Below, one piece after another: positions 1 through 11,869 of a stretch of DNA of 64,000 nt. The stretch is from Myxococcota bacterium (GTDB lineage Bacteria; Myxococcota_A; UBA796; CAJQPC01). Location: NCBI GenBank assembly GCA_036229005.1, contig JAZAMN010000020.1, forward strand, positions 96,001 to 160,000. The letters run 5' to 3'. Numbering within the stretch: the stretch's first letter is position 1; the number at the start of each line of letters is the position of its first letter. Under the pieces are notes generated by a model. The model saw nothing but the letters and a program-made list of their open reading frames with translations, made no database searches and had not been told where the DNA came from. Both the position numbers and the translations under genes were made by a program.

Positions 1-177
1 CACGCGCTGGGTGTCTACGGCAGCTTCAAGACCAACTGGATCGAGTCCATCAAGAGCGACCAGAAGGCCGACGGCAACCCTGAGCCCACCGAGCAGCAGA
101 TCAAGGACCAGGAGATGTCGCCCAAGGCGGAGACCCTCTCCAAGGCCCTGATCGGCTCCATCAAGAGCATGACGTGA
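1..177 (+). CDS. C-terminal fragment of a hypothetical protein (runs off the window start)
   Basis: Frame 1 is open from base 1 (HALGVYGSFKTNWIESIK...IKSMT*) with strong GC3 codon bias; TGA at 175-177. Confidence 0.7.
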   Translation, partial: HALGVYGSFKTNWIESIKSDQKADGNPEPTEQQIKDQEMSPKAETLSKALIGSIKSMT

Positions 178-317
178 GCAAGCAGGTCCGAGCCCAGCTC
201 GTCGGCGCCGCCGTGTCCGCGATGATCATGGGCTTCGCCCTGCTCAAGATGTGCAACAGCCCGGAGCAGGCGCCCGCTGACACCACCGAGCAGCAGGCCC
301 CCGCGACCGAGCCCTGA
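174..317 (+). CDS. small single-TM protein (47 aa)
   Basis: GTGA overlap with the upstream stop; MSKQVRAQLVGAAVSAMIMGFALLKMCNSPEQ...; typical codon usage; too short for the ORF track. Confidence 0.55.
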   Translation: MSKQVRAQLVGAAVSAMIMGFALLKMCNSPEQAPADTTEQQAPATEP

Positions 318-320
318 GGG

Positions 321-1700
321 CTACTCCTTCCCCTGCTCTCCACCCTCCTGCGGCCAGATCCGCAGGGGGGAGAAGAAGCGCAGCGGTCCCAGAAAGCGCC
401 AGCCCACCAGCAGCGCCGCCAGGTAGACCACCAGGATGCCCAGGGCCTTGAGGATGCCGCCCAGGGTGTCCTCCGGGAAGCCGCTGATCGCCACGGGGAG
501 CACCATCAGCAGCAGCGGGACGCTCAGCACCAGCGAGCCCGCCGAGCCCAGCACCGCGTTGGCCGGCGCCGAGGACTTCATCTCCGGGTCCAGGATGCGC
601 AGCAGGGCCATGCCGGTAGGCAGGGTCCCCGTGACCGTCCCGAACATCATCACGGCGTGCTGGAAGGTGTCCTGGGGGAAGGCCCGGCGAGACAACCACA
701 GCGCCGCCAGCACCGTGGCCAGGCCGCCCAGCAGGGTCAGCACCAGGATGGGGACCAGGTTGTCGCGGAAGACCCCCAGGCTCACCGCCGCCAGCGCCGC
801 GCAGGTCACGAAGTCCACCGTGGTGCCCGCGATCTGCCCCAGCAGCCCGTCGTGCAGAGGCGTGTCCACCTTGGCCTTGGTCAGCCCCGCGCGCACCGCG
901 AGGGCCAGGATGCCACCGATGATGAAGTGGAAGCCCCAGATCATGTCCTGGAACTGCGGCTTTCCCTCCAGCGCCCCCGAGATGGCCTGCACGATCAGGT
1001 AGGTCGCCAGGTAGATGCCCGCGACGGACACCACCTGGGTGGTCAGCCGCTCCAGGGCCCCCGCAGGCAGCAGGGTCTCCTCGTCCTCGGGGCGGACCAG
1101 GTCGCTCCCGCCGCTCTCGCCAGTCTTGAGCCAGCCCATGCGCTTGCCGATCAGCACCAGCGGCACGCCGATGAACACCGACCAGCCAAAGCCGAAGGCC
1201 GCCACGATCAGGCCCAGGTCTCCGCCATCGGGCAGCCCCGGCTCCCAGGACTGACCCAGCGACAGCGCCTGCCCGGGTCCCTGCTGAAAGCCCAGGGGCA
1301 GCAGCAGCCCCAGCCCTGGGTGAGGCAGCTCGCCGCCCGCGCCCACGCCGATCACCACCACCAGGCCGATCAAGGCCTGCACCACCGCCAGGGTGGGGAT
1401 CAGGAAGGCCACCGAGCGCGCCCCGCCCCCCTTGGTGCCCTCAGCCGGCCGCTGCAGCGACACCGCGATGAACACGATGGCCAGACCGTGGTACACGATC
1501 GACTCCAACACGTCGGTGTCGAAGGGCAGCAAGGCCAGCGCGGAGGGGCCCAGGATCAGCCCAAAGACCCCGGCCATCATCGAGTCCGGCACCCCCAGCT
1601 TCCGCAGGGGAGGCAGCATCCGACGCACCAGGCTGGCCAGCAGCAGGAGCACTGCCAGCAGAAGGCCGTTCTCGACGACCCCGCTCTCCCAGAAGGACAT
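321..1700 (-). CDS. sodium:glutamate symporter (GltS/ESS family)
   Basis: About 11-12 TM helices; VPDSMMAG, GFQQGPGQA and FGTVTGTLPTGMALLRILDP motifs. Confidence 0.8.
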   Translation of the reverse strand: MSFWESGVVENGLLLAVLLLLASLVRRMLPPLRKLGVPDSMMAGVFGLILGPSALALLPFDTDVLESIVYHGLAIVFIAVSLQRPAEGTKGGGARSVAFLIPTLAVVQALIGLVVVIGVGAGGELPHPGLGLLLPLGFQQGPGQALSLGQSWEPGLPDGGDLGLIVAAFGFGWSVFIGVPLVLIGKRMGWLKTGESGGSDLVRPEDEETLLPAGALERLTTQVVSVAGIYLATYLIVQAISGALEGKPQFQDMIWGFHFIIGGILALAVRAGLTKAKVDTPLHDGLLGQIAGTTVDFVTCAALAAVSLGVFRDNLVPILVLTLLGGLATVLAALWLSRRAFPQDTFQHAVMMFGTVTGTLPTGMALLRILDPEMKSSAPANAVLGSAGSLVLSVPLLLMVLPVAISGFPEDTLGGILKALGILVVYLAALLVGWRFLGPLRFFSPLRIWPQEGGEQGKE

Positions 1701-1781
1701 GGAACCTCGGTGTTGACCGGGAGTCTACCAAAGCAGGTGAAAGGGTGACGCTCCCGTCGGCGTTCCACCCCAGACTGGAGG

Positions 1782-2429
1782 ATGAAAAGCGTGCCGATCG
1801 CCAAGATCGCCAAGGTCGACGCCGCCGCCGGCAAGACCCGGATGCTCTGGATGGGCCTGGGCCAGCTCGGCCTGGCTGCCCTCGGCGTGCACCTCGCCGC
1901 CGATCACCTGGACGACCACGTCTACACCGCCCTGGTCTGGGGGAACGACCGGCTCGCTCCCCTGTGGGATGTCCTCGCCGTCAAGGGCCTCGCCGCTGAC
2001 CAGCTCCAGGTCCCCGCGGCGTGGACAGCGGTGGGGGTAGAGCTGCTCGCGGACCTCTTCCTCTTCCTCGCCCTGACCCTCACCCCGCTGCGGCCCACCC
2101 TGTCGTGGAAGGGGTATAGAGCCAGCTTCTCGGCCCGCTCCATCCTCGTCCCCACCCTCTGGATACCCGCGGTGCTCGCCGGCTCCTGGGTGGTTGGTAT
2201 GGCCGTCGAGGACGGGCTGTCCATGATCCACGCCCAGGGGGCCTTGGCCGCAGGCATCGTGGTCGCGCTGTTCATGGCCTGGCGCCTGGGCTGGACCGGG
2301 CTGCGGCGGGTGCTGGGCGCGCTGGAGCCCCCCAAACGGCGCTTCGAGGCCTGGGGCTGGGCGCCGCTGGTGCTCCCTCTGGCCGTCCTGGCCCTGCGCT
2401 ACGGCCTGCCCGTGTGGGGGTGGCTGTGA
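1782..2429 (+). CDS. hypothetical membrane protein
   Basis: GGAGG RBS; several hydrophobic segments; overlaps the next gene. Confidence 0.7.
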   Translation: MKSVPIAKIAKVDAAAGKTRMLWMGLGQLGLAALGVHLAADHLDDHVYTALVWGNDRLAPLWDVLAVKGLAADQLQVPAAWTAVGVELLADLFLFLALTLTPLRPTLSWKGYRASFSARSILVPTLWIPAVLAGSWVVGMAVEDGLSMIHAQGALAAGIVVALFMAWRLGWTGLRRVLGALEPPKRRFEAWGWAPLVLPLAVLALRYGLPVWGWL

Positions 2430-3466
2430 AGAAGGCCCCGCCCGCCCCCCGCGGCAGCCTGCTGGACATCCTGCTGGTGGTCGGCGTCGTGCTCGTCGTG
2501 TTCGCGCGCACCCCCGCCGGCAACCTGGCCAAGCGCGCATTCGGAGCCGCCACCGGGATGGAGGTCCAGGCCGCCCCCCTCACCTCCACCTTCTCCACGC
2601 AGACCGCCGAGCTCAACGCCCTGGTCCTGCGGGTCAGCGAGCAGCTCCCCCAACAGCCCGGCCCCCTGCCCACCCAGTGGGCCGCCGCCGAGGGCGCCTT
2701 CCCCGAGCCCCACCGCAGCGCCGTGCAGGCCGCGCTGGCCGAGGTCGACGTGCCCGAGCACCGCCTGGACCTGGTGGACCCCAGCAAGCCCCTGGCCGAG
2801 CAGCACCTGCAGGCGCTGGACGCCCTCACCCAGCCTGGCGACTCCGCCGAGGACGTCCTGGTCCGCTACGCCCTGGGCGACCAGATCGCCGAGCGCAGCG
2901 CCGAGCGCGCCCGCCGAGCCGGAGAGCAGGACCCCCGCTCCTGGCAGGCCCGCCGCCGCTACCTGGGCATCGGGGAGCAGCGCCAGGGGGACCGCCTCAT
3001 CAACACCACCCTGGGCACCGCCCGCCTGCTCACCCTGCAGTGGCCCGTGCCCGACGACACCCGCATCTCCAGCCCCTTCGGCTTCCGGGACCACCCCGTG
3101 CTGGCCAAGCGCAAGTTCCACAACGGCGTGGACCTGAGCGTGCCCGTGGGGACCCCCGTGCTCGCCGCGCAGGAGGGCACCGTCTCGGTCGCCGGCTCCG
3201 ACGCCATCAACGGCAACTACGTGGTCATCAACCACCAAGGCGGCATCCGCACCAGCTACTGCCACCTGGACAGCCTCGCGGTGGAGCGCAAGCAGCAGGT
3301 CCAGCGCGGCGAGCTCATCGGCAACAGCGGCAACACCGGGCGCAGCACCGGCCCCCACCTGCACTTCGTGGTGCGCGTGGGCGGCAAGGCGGTGGACCCC
3401 GAGGCCTTCCACGCGCCCGTCAAGCCGGCGGAGACGCCGACACCCAAGGACAAGCCGACCCCTTAA
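2414..3466 (+). CDS. M23 family metallopeptidase, membrane anchored
   Basis: ISSPFGFRDHP, HNGVD, YCHL, GRSTGPHLHF motifs. Confidence 0.92.
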   Translation: MGVAVKKAPPAPRGSLLDILLVVGVVLVVFARTPAGNLAKRAFGAATGMEVQAAPLTSTFSTQTAELNALVLRVSEQLPQQPGPLPTQWAAAEGAFPEPHRSAVQAALAEVDVPEHRLDLVDPSKPLAEQHLQALDALTQPGDSAEDVLVRYALGDQIAERSAERARRAGEQDPRSWQARRRYLGIGEQRQGDRLINTTLGTARLLTLQWPVPDDTRISSPFGFRDHPVLAKRKFHNGVDLSVPVGTPVLAAQEGTVSVAGSDAINGNYVVINHQGGIRTSYCHLDSLAVERKQQVQRGELIGNSGNTGRSTGPHLHFVVRVGGKAVDPEAFHAPVKPAETPTPKDKPTP

Positions 3467-3957
3467 GCCTCCAGGGACTCCATCCAGAGCCACAGGCGCA
3501 GGTCGAACTCAAGCTGCGCGTAGTCCGGCTCCATGTGCTGACAGAGCCGGTAGAAGGCCCGGTCGTGCTCCTTGTGGCGCAGGTGGGCGAGCTCGTGGAC
3601 GACCACCATGCGCAGGAACGCGGGATCCAGGCGCTTGAAGAGCCCGCCGATCTCGATCTGGTTGTCCCGCTTGAGCTTCGCGCCCTGCACCTTGACCCGG
3701 TACGTATGTAGCCCCAGAGCCCGGTGGACCGTCGCAATCTTATCCGAGTAGCGGACTCTCTGGATGGGCGGCGCGCTCTTCATGTGGCGTCGCTTGAGGT
3801 CCTGAGTGTAGGCGTACAACGCCGCGTTACCCTGGATCTCGTGCCGCTCGGAGTAGCGCTCGCGCAGCCGCTGCTGCAGTACGCCGGAGTCCATGAGCGC
3901 CCGCGCTCGAGCCCGCAGCTCAGGCGGGTAGCCCGCCAGATGATCAACCCTTGACAT
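3463..3957 (-). CDS. YgjP-like (M48/DUF45) metal-dependent hydrolase
   Basis: VVHELAHLRHKEHDRAFYRLCQHMEPDY motif. Confidence 0.85.
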   Translation of the reverse strand: MSRVDHLAGYPPELRARARALMDSGVLQQRLRERYSERHEIQGNAALYAYTQDLKRRHMKSAPPIQRVRYSDKIATVHRALGLHTYRVKVQGAKLKRDNQIEIGGLFKRLDPAFLRMVVVHELAHLRHKEHDRAFYRLCQHMEPDYAQLEFDLRLWLWMESLEA

Positions 3958-3998
3958 GGCCAAATCATAGCAGGCAGTGGACGCTCGGCCGATCCGGT

Positions 3999-6229
<2,231 letters not shown>

Positions 6230-6283
6230 GCGGGTGCGCTGCTCCAGGCCGGCCCGCGCTAAGCTGGTCGGTCTGGAGTCCCC

Positions 6284-7489
6284 TTGTTCCCCCTCCCCTT
6301 TCTCCTCGCGGCGGCCTGCGCACCCGGCAACGTCGACCTCCAGGAGCCCAGCGTCAGCGATGAGACCCTCGCCGGCGAGATCCCGGACAGCGACTGGATC
6401 TTCGACGACAGCCTCATCCACGAGATCGAGATCCGCCTGAGCCCCGAGGCCTGGGCCGACCTCGAGGCCCTCCCCTACGAGTACACCCAGGCCAGCGTCC
6501 TCATCGACGGCGTCTCCGCCGGAGAGGTCGGCGTGCGCCTGCGCGGCAAGGTCGGCTCCTTCCGACCGATCAGCGGCAAGCCCAAGTTCAAGCTCGACTT
6601 CAACCGCATCCACCCAGGGCGCCGCTTCTACGGCCTGGAGGCCCTCTCCCTCAACAACGAGGTCGCAGACTGCTCCTACCTCAAGGAGCCCCTGGGCTAC
6701 GAGGTCATCCGCCAGGCCGGCGGCCCCGCCTCCCGCACCGCCTTCGCCCACGTCCAGGTCAACGGCGCCGACTACGGCCTCTACGTGCTCATCGAGACCC
6801 AGGACGACCGCTTTCTGGCCCGCAACTGGGACGACGGCAGCGGCAACCTCTACGACGGCAAGTACCTCTACGACTGGACCACCGGCGCCTACACCCTGCT
6901 CGACTTCACCCCCGAGCTCCAGGACCACCTCCAGCAGGAGGAGGGAGAGGATGTTGGGCACGCCGACATCCACGGGATCACCGACGCCATCGCGGGGAGC
7001 TGGAACACCGGCGCTTTCATGTCTGGCACCAGCGAGGTCATCGACTGGCCAGCCATGCACACCCACCTGGTCGCCGAGCAGTGGATCCAGCAGAACGACG
7101 GCTACGCCCTGAACGCCAACAACTACCGGGTCTACTTCAACCCCGAAGACGGCCAGGCCGAGCTGATCTCCTGGGACCTGGACAACAGCTTCATGCCCGA
7201 CTTCTGGTCCTACACCTGGACCAACCCCCGCGGCCTGCTGGTCCAGGGCTGCTGGCAGGACGCCGCCTGCGTGGCCGACTGGAAGGCCGCCGCCCAGGAG
7301 CTCCACGAGACCCTGGACACCGCCGATCTGGCCGCCCGCTACGAGGCCTGGGACGAGCTGACCTTCAGAGCCGCCATCGAAGACCCCCGCCGCGAGTGCA
7401 GCGAAGACCAGCTCCGCAGCGAACGCCTGCGGCTGCGCGCCTGGATCGACGAGCGCCCGGCCCAGTTCTCCCAGGCCTGGGGGTTGTGA
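6284..7489 (+). CDS. CotH kinase family lipoprotein
   Basis: VGVRLRG..GSFR, KPKFKLDF, YGLYVLIE, DGY...NNY, ISWDLD motifs; LAAAC lipobox. Confidence 0.85.
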   Translation: MFPLPFLLAAACAPGNVDLQEPSVSDETLAGEIPDSDWIFDDSLIHEIEIRLSPEAWADLEALPYEYTQASVLIDGVSAGEVGVRLRGKVGSFRPISGKPKFKLDFNRIHPGRRFYGLEALSLNNEVADCSYLKEPLGYEVIRQAGGPASRTAFAHVQVNGADYGLYVLIETQDDRFLARNWDDGSGNLYDGKYLYDWTTGAYTLLDFTPELQDHLQQEEGEDVGHADIHGITDAIAGSWNTGAFMSGTSEVIDWPAMHTHLVAEQWIQQNDGYALNANNYRVYFNPEDGQAELISWDLDNSFMPDFWSYTWTNPRGLLVQGCWQDAACVADWKAAAQELHETLDTADLAARYEAWDELTFRAAIEDPRRECSEDQLRSERLRLRAWIDERPAQFSQAWGL

Positions 7490-8508
7490 TGCTGCTGCTC
7501 CTGCTGGGCGCCTGCGCCCCCACCCCCAAGGACACCGCAATCCAGGGCGACCGCATCGACGGCCTGTGCATCAACGAGCTGATGCCCTCCAACCGCAGCG
7601 CCTGGTCCAGCGCCGGCGAGCAGCCCGACTGGATCGAGCTCCACAACCCGAGCGACACCCCCCTGTCCTTGGCCGGCTGGAGCATCAGCGACGACCTGGA
7701 CGCGCCCGACAAGCACCCCTTCGCCGACGACACCGTCCTGGCCCCTGGCGCCTTCCAGCTCCTGGCCGCGGACGGCACCGGCCAGCCCGGCGAGCTGGAG
7801 CACCTGGGCTTCAAGCTCTCCGGAGATGGCGAGCTGGTCGCGCTCTTCGACCCCTTCGGCGGCAGCAGCATCGTGCGCTTCCCGGCCACCGAGTCCGACT
7901 TCTCCTGGGCCCGCGACCAGGACTGCTGCAGCGGGCAGGACTGCTGGTCCCCCGTCTGGCTCGGCACGCCCGGCGAGACCAACGAGGCCGCCGGCCCCCT
8001 GGAGTCCCAGGTGCTGGTCCCTCAGGGCAGCGTGTGGGCCTACCTGGACCAGGGCGTCCCCCCCGACAACTGGCGCCGACCCGGCGGCGCCCCCGACTGG
8101 CCCACCGGCCCCGCCCCCCTGGGCTACGGCGACGCCCACCAGCTCACCACCCTGGACTACGGAGCCGACCCCAACAACAAGCCCATGGCCGCCTGGTTCC
8201 GTCTGGAGTTCGACGCCCAGGACACCGCGTCCGTGCAGGCTCTGGACCTCTCCCTGCTGCGCGACGACGGCGCCGTGGTCTGGCTCAACGGTCAGGAGCT
8301 TCTGCGCTCCAACCTGCCCGCCGGGGAGCTCAACCCCCAGACCGCCGCACTCAGCGCCATCGGCGGCGACGGCGAGACCAGCTTCACCACCTTTCCCGTC
8401 CAGCAGGCCCTGGTGGACGGCACCAACGTGCTGGCCGTCGAGCTCCACCAGCACGCGCCCAACAGCTCCGACCTGGGCTTCGATCTCAGCCTGAGCGTCT
8501 GGCGCTGA
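7489..8508 (+). CDS. lamin-tail-domain lipoprotein with C-terminal galactose-binding-like domain
   Basis: TGATG coupling with the upstream gene; INELM, DWIELHN, GFKLS..GE, TPG..N; DDGAVVWLNG, NVLAVELHQ. Confidence 0.85.
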   Translation: MLLLLLGACAPTPKDTAIQGDRIDGLCINELMPSNRSAWSSAGEQPDWIELHNPSDTPLSLAGWSISDDLDAPDKHPFADDTVLAPGAFQLLAADGTGQPGELEHLGFKLSGDGELVALFDPFGGSSIVRFPATESDFSWARDQDCCSGQDCWSPVWLGTPGETNEAAGPLESQVLVPQGSVWAYLDQGVPPDNWRRPGGAPDWPTGPAPLGYGDAHQLTTLDYGADPNNKPMAAWFRLEFDAQDTASVQALDLSLLRDDGAVVWLNGQELLRSNLPAGELNPQTAALSAIGGDGETSFTTFPVQQALVDGTNVLAVELHQHAPNSSDLGFDLSLSVWR

Positions 8509-8523
8509 CCGCTCAGCGCGGAC

Positions 8524-9438
8524 TCACGATTCGGAAGACGACTCGGAGTCGCCGAAGGCCCGGCACCAGGCTTGGACCGCCAGGGTGCGCGCCTCCGTCT
8601 CCTTGATCTTCGCGATCCGCCGCAGCTCCTTGTCCTTGAAGGGGTTGCCGGCCAGGTGGATCCCGTAGAGGAAGGGCACCGGCGGCAAGGCCTCCGGATC
8701 CGCGCCGCGCGCCAGCGCGCGCTCCCGGTGGGCAGCGAACACCTGCTCGAACGCGATGTCGGCGATGGATCTTGGCAGGCTGGTCAGCTTGCACTTCTCG
8801 ATCTTGAGCTGCACCAGCTCGCGCAGCCTGCCGATCTCCAGCGGCAGCGATCTCAGCGCACTGCGGCTGCAGTCAAGCTGCCGCAGGCCCTCGATCGTGA
8901 GGACGCCCGCTGGCAGCGCCTGCCCCTTGAAGCCCTCCAGGGTCAGGGACTTCAGGCTGCTGTCCACGCCGGACAGATCGGGGAAGCGCTCCAGCTCCGT
9001 GTCGTCGAGCGTCAGGAACTCCAGCCTGGCCTGCTTGAAGCTGTCCGGCAGCGACTTGATGGCCGAGCCCTGCAGGTAGAGCTCCCGCAAGCCCGGCAGC
9101 CCAAAGAGCGCATCGGGCAGGCGCTCAACCTGGGTGTAGGTGAGATCCAGGGACTCCAGCCCCTCCAGCCGGCCGATCTCGGGCGGCAGGGACTGCAGCG
9201 GCTGGTTGCCCAACAGCAGCGTGCCGACGCCCTCCAGCTCGAACACCTCTGGCGGGACTTCTCGCAGGCCGAGACCAGAGAGCATGAGCACATCCGCGTC
9301 CGGACTCAACCCCACGTCGTCCTCGTCATCCCCCGGGAACACATCGCGCCACTGCGGGTCCGCCGTGTTCGGGTTACCCGCCTTGAACCACGCGATGCGT
9401 CGCCTGGCGAGCTCCAGTGGTGTGCGCGTCTCCGCCAT
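8524..9438 (-). CDS. leucine-rich repeat protein
   Basis: Repeated LxxLxLxxxxLxxLPxxIGxL units; ATG at 9438 (MAETRTPL); the longer ORF start lies inside the repeat array. Confidence 0.88.
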   Translation of the reverse strand: MAETRTPLELARRRIAWFKAGNPNTADPQWRDVFPGDDEDDVGLSPDADVLMLSGLGLREVPPEVFELEGVGTLLLGNQPLQSLPPEIGRLEGLESLDLTYTQVERLPDALFGLPGLRELYLQGSAIKSLPDSFKQARLEFLTLDDTELERFPDLSGVDSSLKSLTLEGFKGQALPAGVLTIEGLRQLDCSRSALRSLPLEIGRLRELVQLKIEKCKLTSLPRSIADIAFEQVFAAHRERALARGADPEALPPVPFLYGIHLAGNPFKDKELRRIAKIKETEARTLAVQAWCRAFGDSESSSES

Positions 9439-9508
9439 GCCCGTCCTCCACTGACGGCTTGTATTCAGTCTCGCAGGGTCAGTGCCGAATGCGACCTGAG
9501 GCCCAGCC

Positions 9509-10205
9509 CCCAAGCGGCGACCGGAGACCGGCGACCGGCGACCGCCGATGACGTGAATCCACGGCCGAAGCCTTCGTGCCAGCCGACCTGTGGAAGCGCC
9601 TCGGGGAGGGCCCGGCACTGCGTGCGGGCCACCTCAGCCGCCCGCCCTCAGAACGTCGTTCCGGTCCGGCCCGCAGACACCGCTACGGACTGGCACAGCG
9701 TGATGACCGAGACCCGATACCCGATACCCGATACCCAAGCGGCGACCGGAGACCGGCGACCGGGGACCGCCGATGACGTGATCCCGGGATCGAAGCCTTC
9801 GTGCCAGCCGACCTGTGGAAGCGCCTCGGGGAGGGCCCGGCACTTCGTGCGGGCCACCATAGCGGCCCGCCCCCGGAACGTCGTTCCGGTCCGGCCCGCA
9901 GACACCGCCACGAACCGGCGCAGCGTGATGACCGATACCCGATACCCGATACCCGAGCCCCAAGCGGCGACCGGAGACCGGCGACCGGCAACCGCCGATG
10001 ACGTAAAACCGAGGCCGAAGCCTTCGTGCCAGCCGACCTGTGGAAGCGCCTCGGGGAGGGCCCGGCACTGCGTGCGGGCCACCTCAGCCCCCCACCCCCA
10101 GAACGTTGTTCCGGTCCGGCCCGCAGACACCGCCACGAACTGGCACAGCGTGATGACCGATACCCGATACCCGATACCCGAGCCCCAAGCGGCGACCAGC
10201 GACCG
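9509..10205. repeat. 225-bp tandem repeat, 3 full copies plus the start of a 4th
   Basis: CAAGCGGCGACC at 9511, 9736, 9961, 10186; internal GACCGG(C/A) and GATACCC heptamer runs. Confidence 0.95.
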
Positions 10206-10297
10206 GCATCACGTCGAATCAGGTACGGGCGCCGGGGCTCTGACCGAGGCTGGGCACCTCCTCGAGCCGGCTCCGCGCGATGGTCCCGCTTCTTCCC

Positions 10298-10545
10298 GGA
10301 GCTACGCCGCCCGAGTGCGCGCCTTTGCCGAGCTACGCCACCTGAATGCGCGCCTTCCCAGAGCTACGACAACCGAATGCACGCAAGCGCGCCCCAAAGC
10401 GCGCACCGACACCCCGTAGCTCCCAAAAAGCGCGCACCGACACCCCGTAGTTCCCAAAAAGCGCGCACTGACACCCCGTAGCTCCCAAAAAGCGCGCACT
10501 GACACCCCGTAGCTCCTCAAAGGCGCGCACTGACACCCCGTAGCC
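10298..10545. repeat. head-to-head 31-bp arrays, locus A (3 forward + 5 reverse)
   Basis: GCTACG at 10301/10332/10363; CGTAG at 10415/10446/10477/10508/10539. Confidence 0.92.
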
Positions 10546-10546
10546 C

Positions 10547-10892
10547 CCCGCACGCAGTGCCGGGCCACGGTCAGCCCCCCGCCCCCCAGAACGTCGTTCC
10601 GGTCCGGCCCGTAGACACCGCCACGGACTGGCACAGCGTGATGACCGATACCCGATACCCGATACCCAAGCGGCGACCGGAGACCGGCGACCGGGGACCG
10701 CCGATGACGTGAATCCACGGTCGAAGCCTTCGTGCCAGCCGACCTGTGGAAGCGCCTCGGGGAGGGCCCGGCACTTCGTGCGGGCCACCTCAGCCGCCCG
10801 CCCCCAGAACGTCGTTCCGGTCCGGCCCGCAGACACCGCCACGAACCGGCGCAGCGTGATGACCGATACCCGATACCCGATACCCGATACCT
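10547..10892. repeat. further half copy plus full copy of the 225-bp repeat
   Basis: GAACGTCGTTCCGGTCCGGCCCG...GATACCC...CAAGCGGCGACC (about 10667) to about 10890. Confidence 0.9.
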
Positions 10893-10930
10893 GAGACCCG
10901 GTACCCGAGCCCCCGCCCGTCGACCGAAAC

Positions 10931-11869
10931 TCACCCCAGCGCCCCCAGCGCCCCCAGCAACCGCTCCGCCCGCTCCAACCCCTCCCCCAGCTCCCCCGGT
11001 CCCACCCAGAAGCGCAGGCGCTCGCCGCTCAGCCTTCCCGCGTGCCCGTGGAGCAGCCACAGTGTGTCCTCGCTGAGGCCGGGATCCGACAGCGCGTGGG
11101 GGGGCGCCCCAGAGGCCCCGAGAGATAGGTCCAGCACTGGGTTTCCGGTCCGAGCCCCTCCCTCTCCCAGGCCCAGCGCGAACGCACCGCCCGGCCCCGG
11201 GAGCTCCACCAGCCAGCCCCGGGGAGAGCAGGCCAGCAGCGCCCCGTCCCGCTCCATGCAGAGCTGCAGGCTGCCCGGTCTGGGGGGAGGGTCCGAGGGG
11301 TTGGGGGTCCAGCTCAACAGTGCCCGGGCCCGCCCTTCAGCCCGCGTCCTGCCCGGCACAAATCCGCACTGGGTGGCCCAGTCGAGGTCACCCTGAAAGC
11401 GATCGCCCAGCGCCACACAGGCCGCCGCCAGCGCCTCCACCCGCTCCGGGATCTGGTCCGCCGGCAGCGACGCGCGCAGACGCCACGCCCCCAGCTCCGG
11501 CTCCAGCTTGAACACCCAGCCGCCGCAGTCCAGCTCGTCCTCGGAGATGGCGATCTCCCCCACGCGCACCCCGTGGAACAGCGGCGGGGGCGCGTTCAGC
11601 GTCAGCTCAATGGCCAGCAGGCCGCTGCGATCCGGCAGCAGCAGCTCCAGCGCCTGGCCGCCCAGCTCCCCCCGAAAGCGCAGCTTGCCCCCCCGCTCCT
11701 CCACCTGCAGCCGGCGAGCGCTCGCCCAGGCCATCCAGTCCGGCGCGGGCGCCAGCAGCGGGCGGGCCATGGGGTGCAGGAAGACCCAGCCCAGCGCCAC
11801 CATCCCCAGCAGCAGCGTCGCCGCCACCGCAGCCACCACCACCACCGACAGCGGCACCGTCGGCGTCAT
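10931..11869 (-). CDS. hypothetical protein with N-terminal TM anchor
   Basis: ATGA overlap with the lipase stop; MTPTVPLSVVVVAAVAATLLLG. Confidence 0.7.
   Translation of the reverse strand: MTPTVPLSVVVVAAVAATLLLGMVALGWVFLHPMARPLLAPAPDWMAWASARRLQVEERGGKLRFRGELGGQALELLLPDRSGLLAIELTLNAPPPLFHGVRVGEIAISEDELDCGGWVFKLEPELGAWRLRASLPADQIPERVEALAAACVALGDRFQGDLDWATQCGFVPGRTRAEGRARALLSWTPNPSDPPPRPGSLQLCMERDGALLACSPRGWLVELPGPGGAFALGLGEGGARTGNPVLDLSLGASGAPPHALSDPGLSEDTLWLLHGHAGRLSGERLRFWVGPGELGEGLERAERLLGALGALG

Noticed and set aside
8572..10419. 615-aa ORF with 75-aa repeats through the 225-bp array
   Set aside because: Its first half is antisense to the LRR gene, several frames are open in the GC-rich repeat, and codon usage is not gene-like
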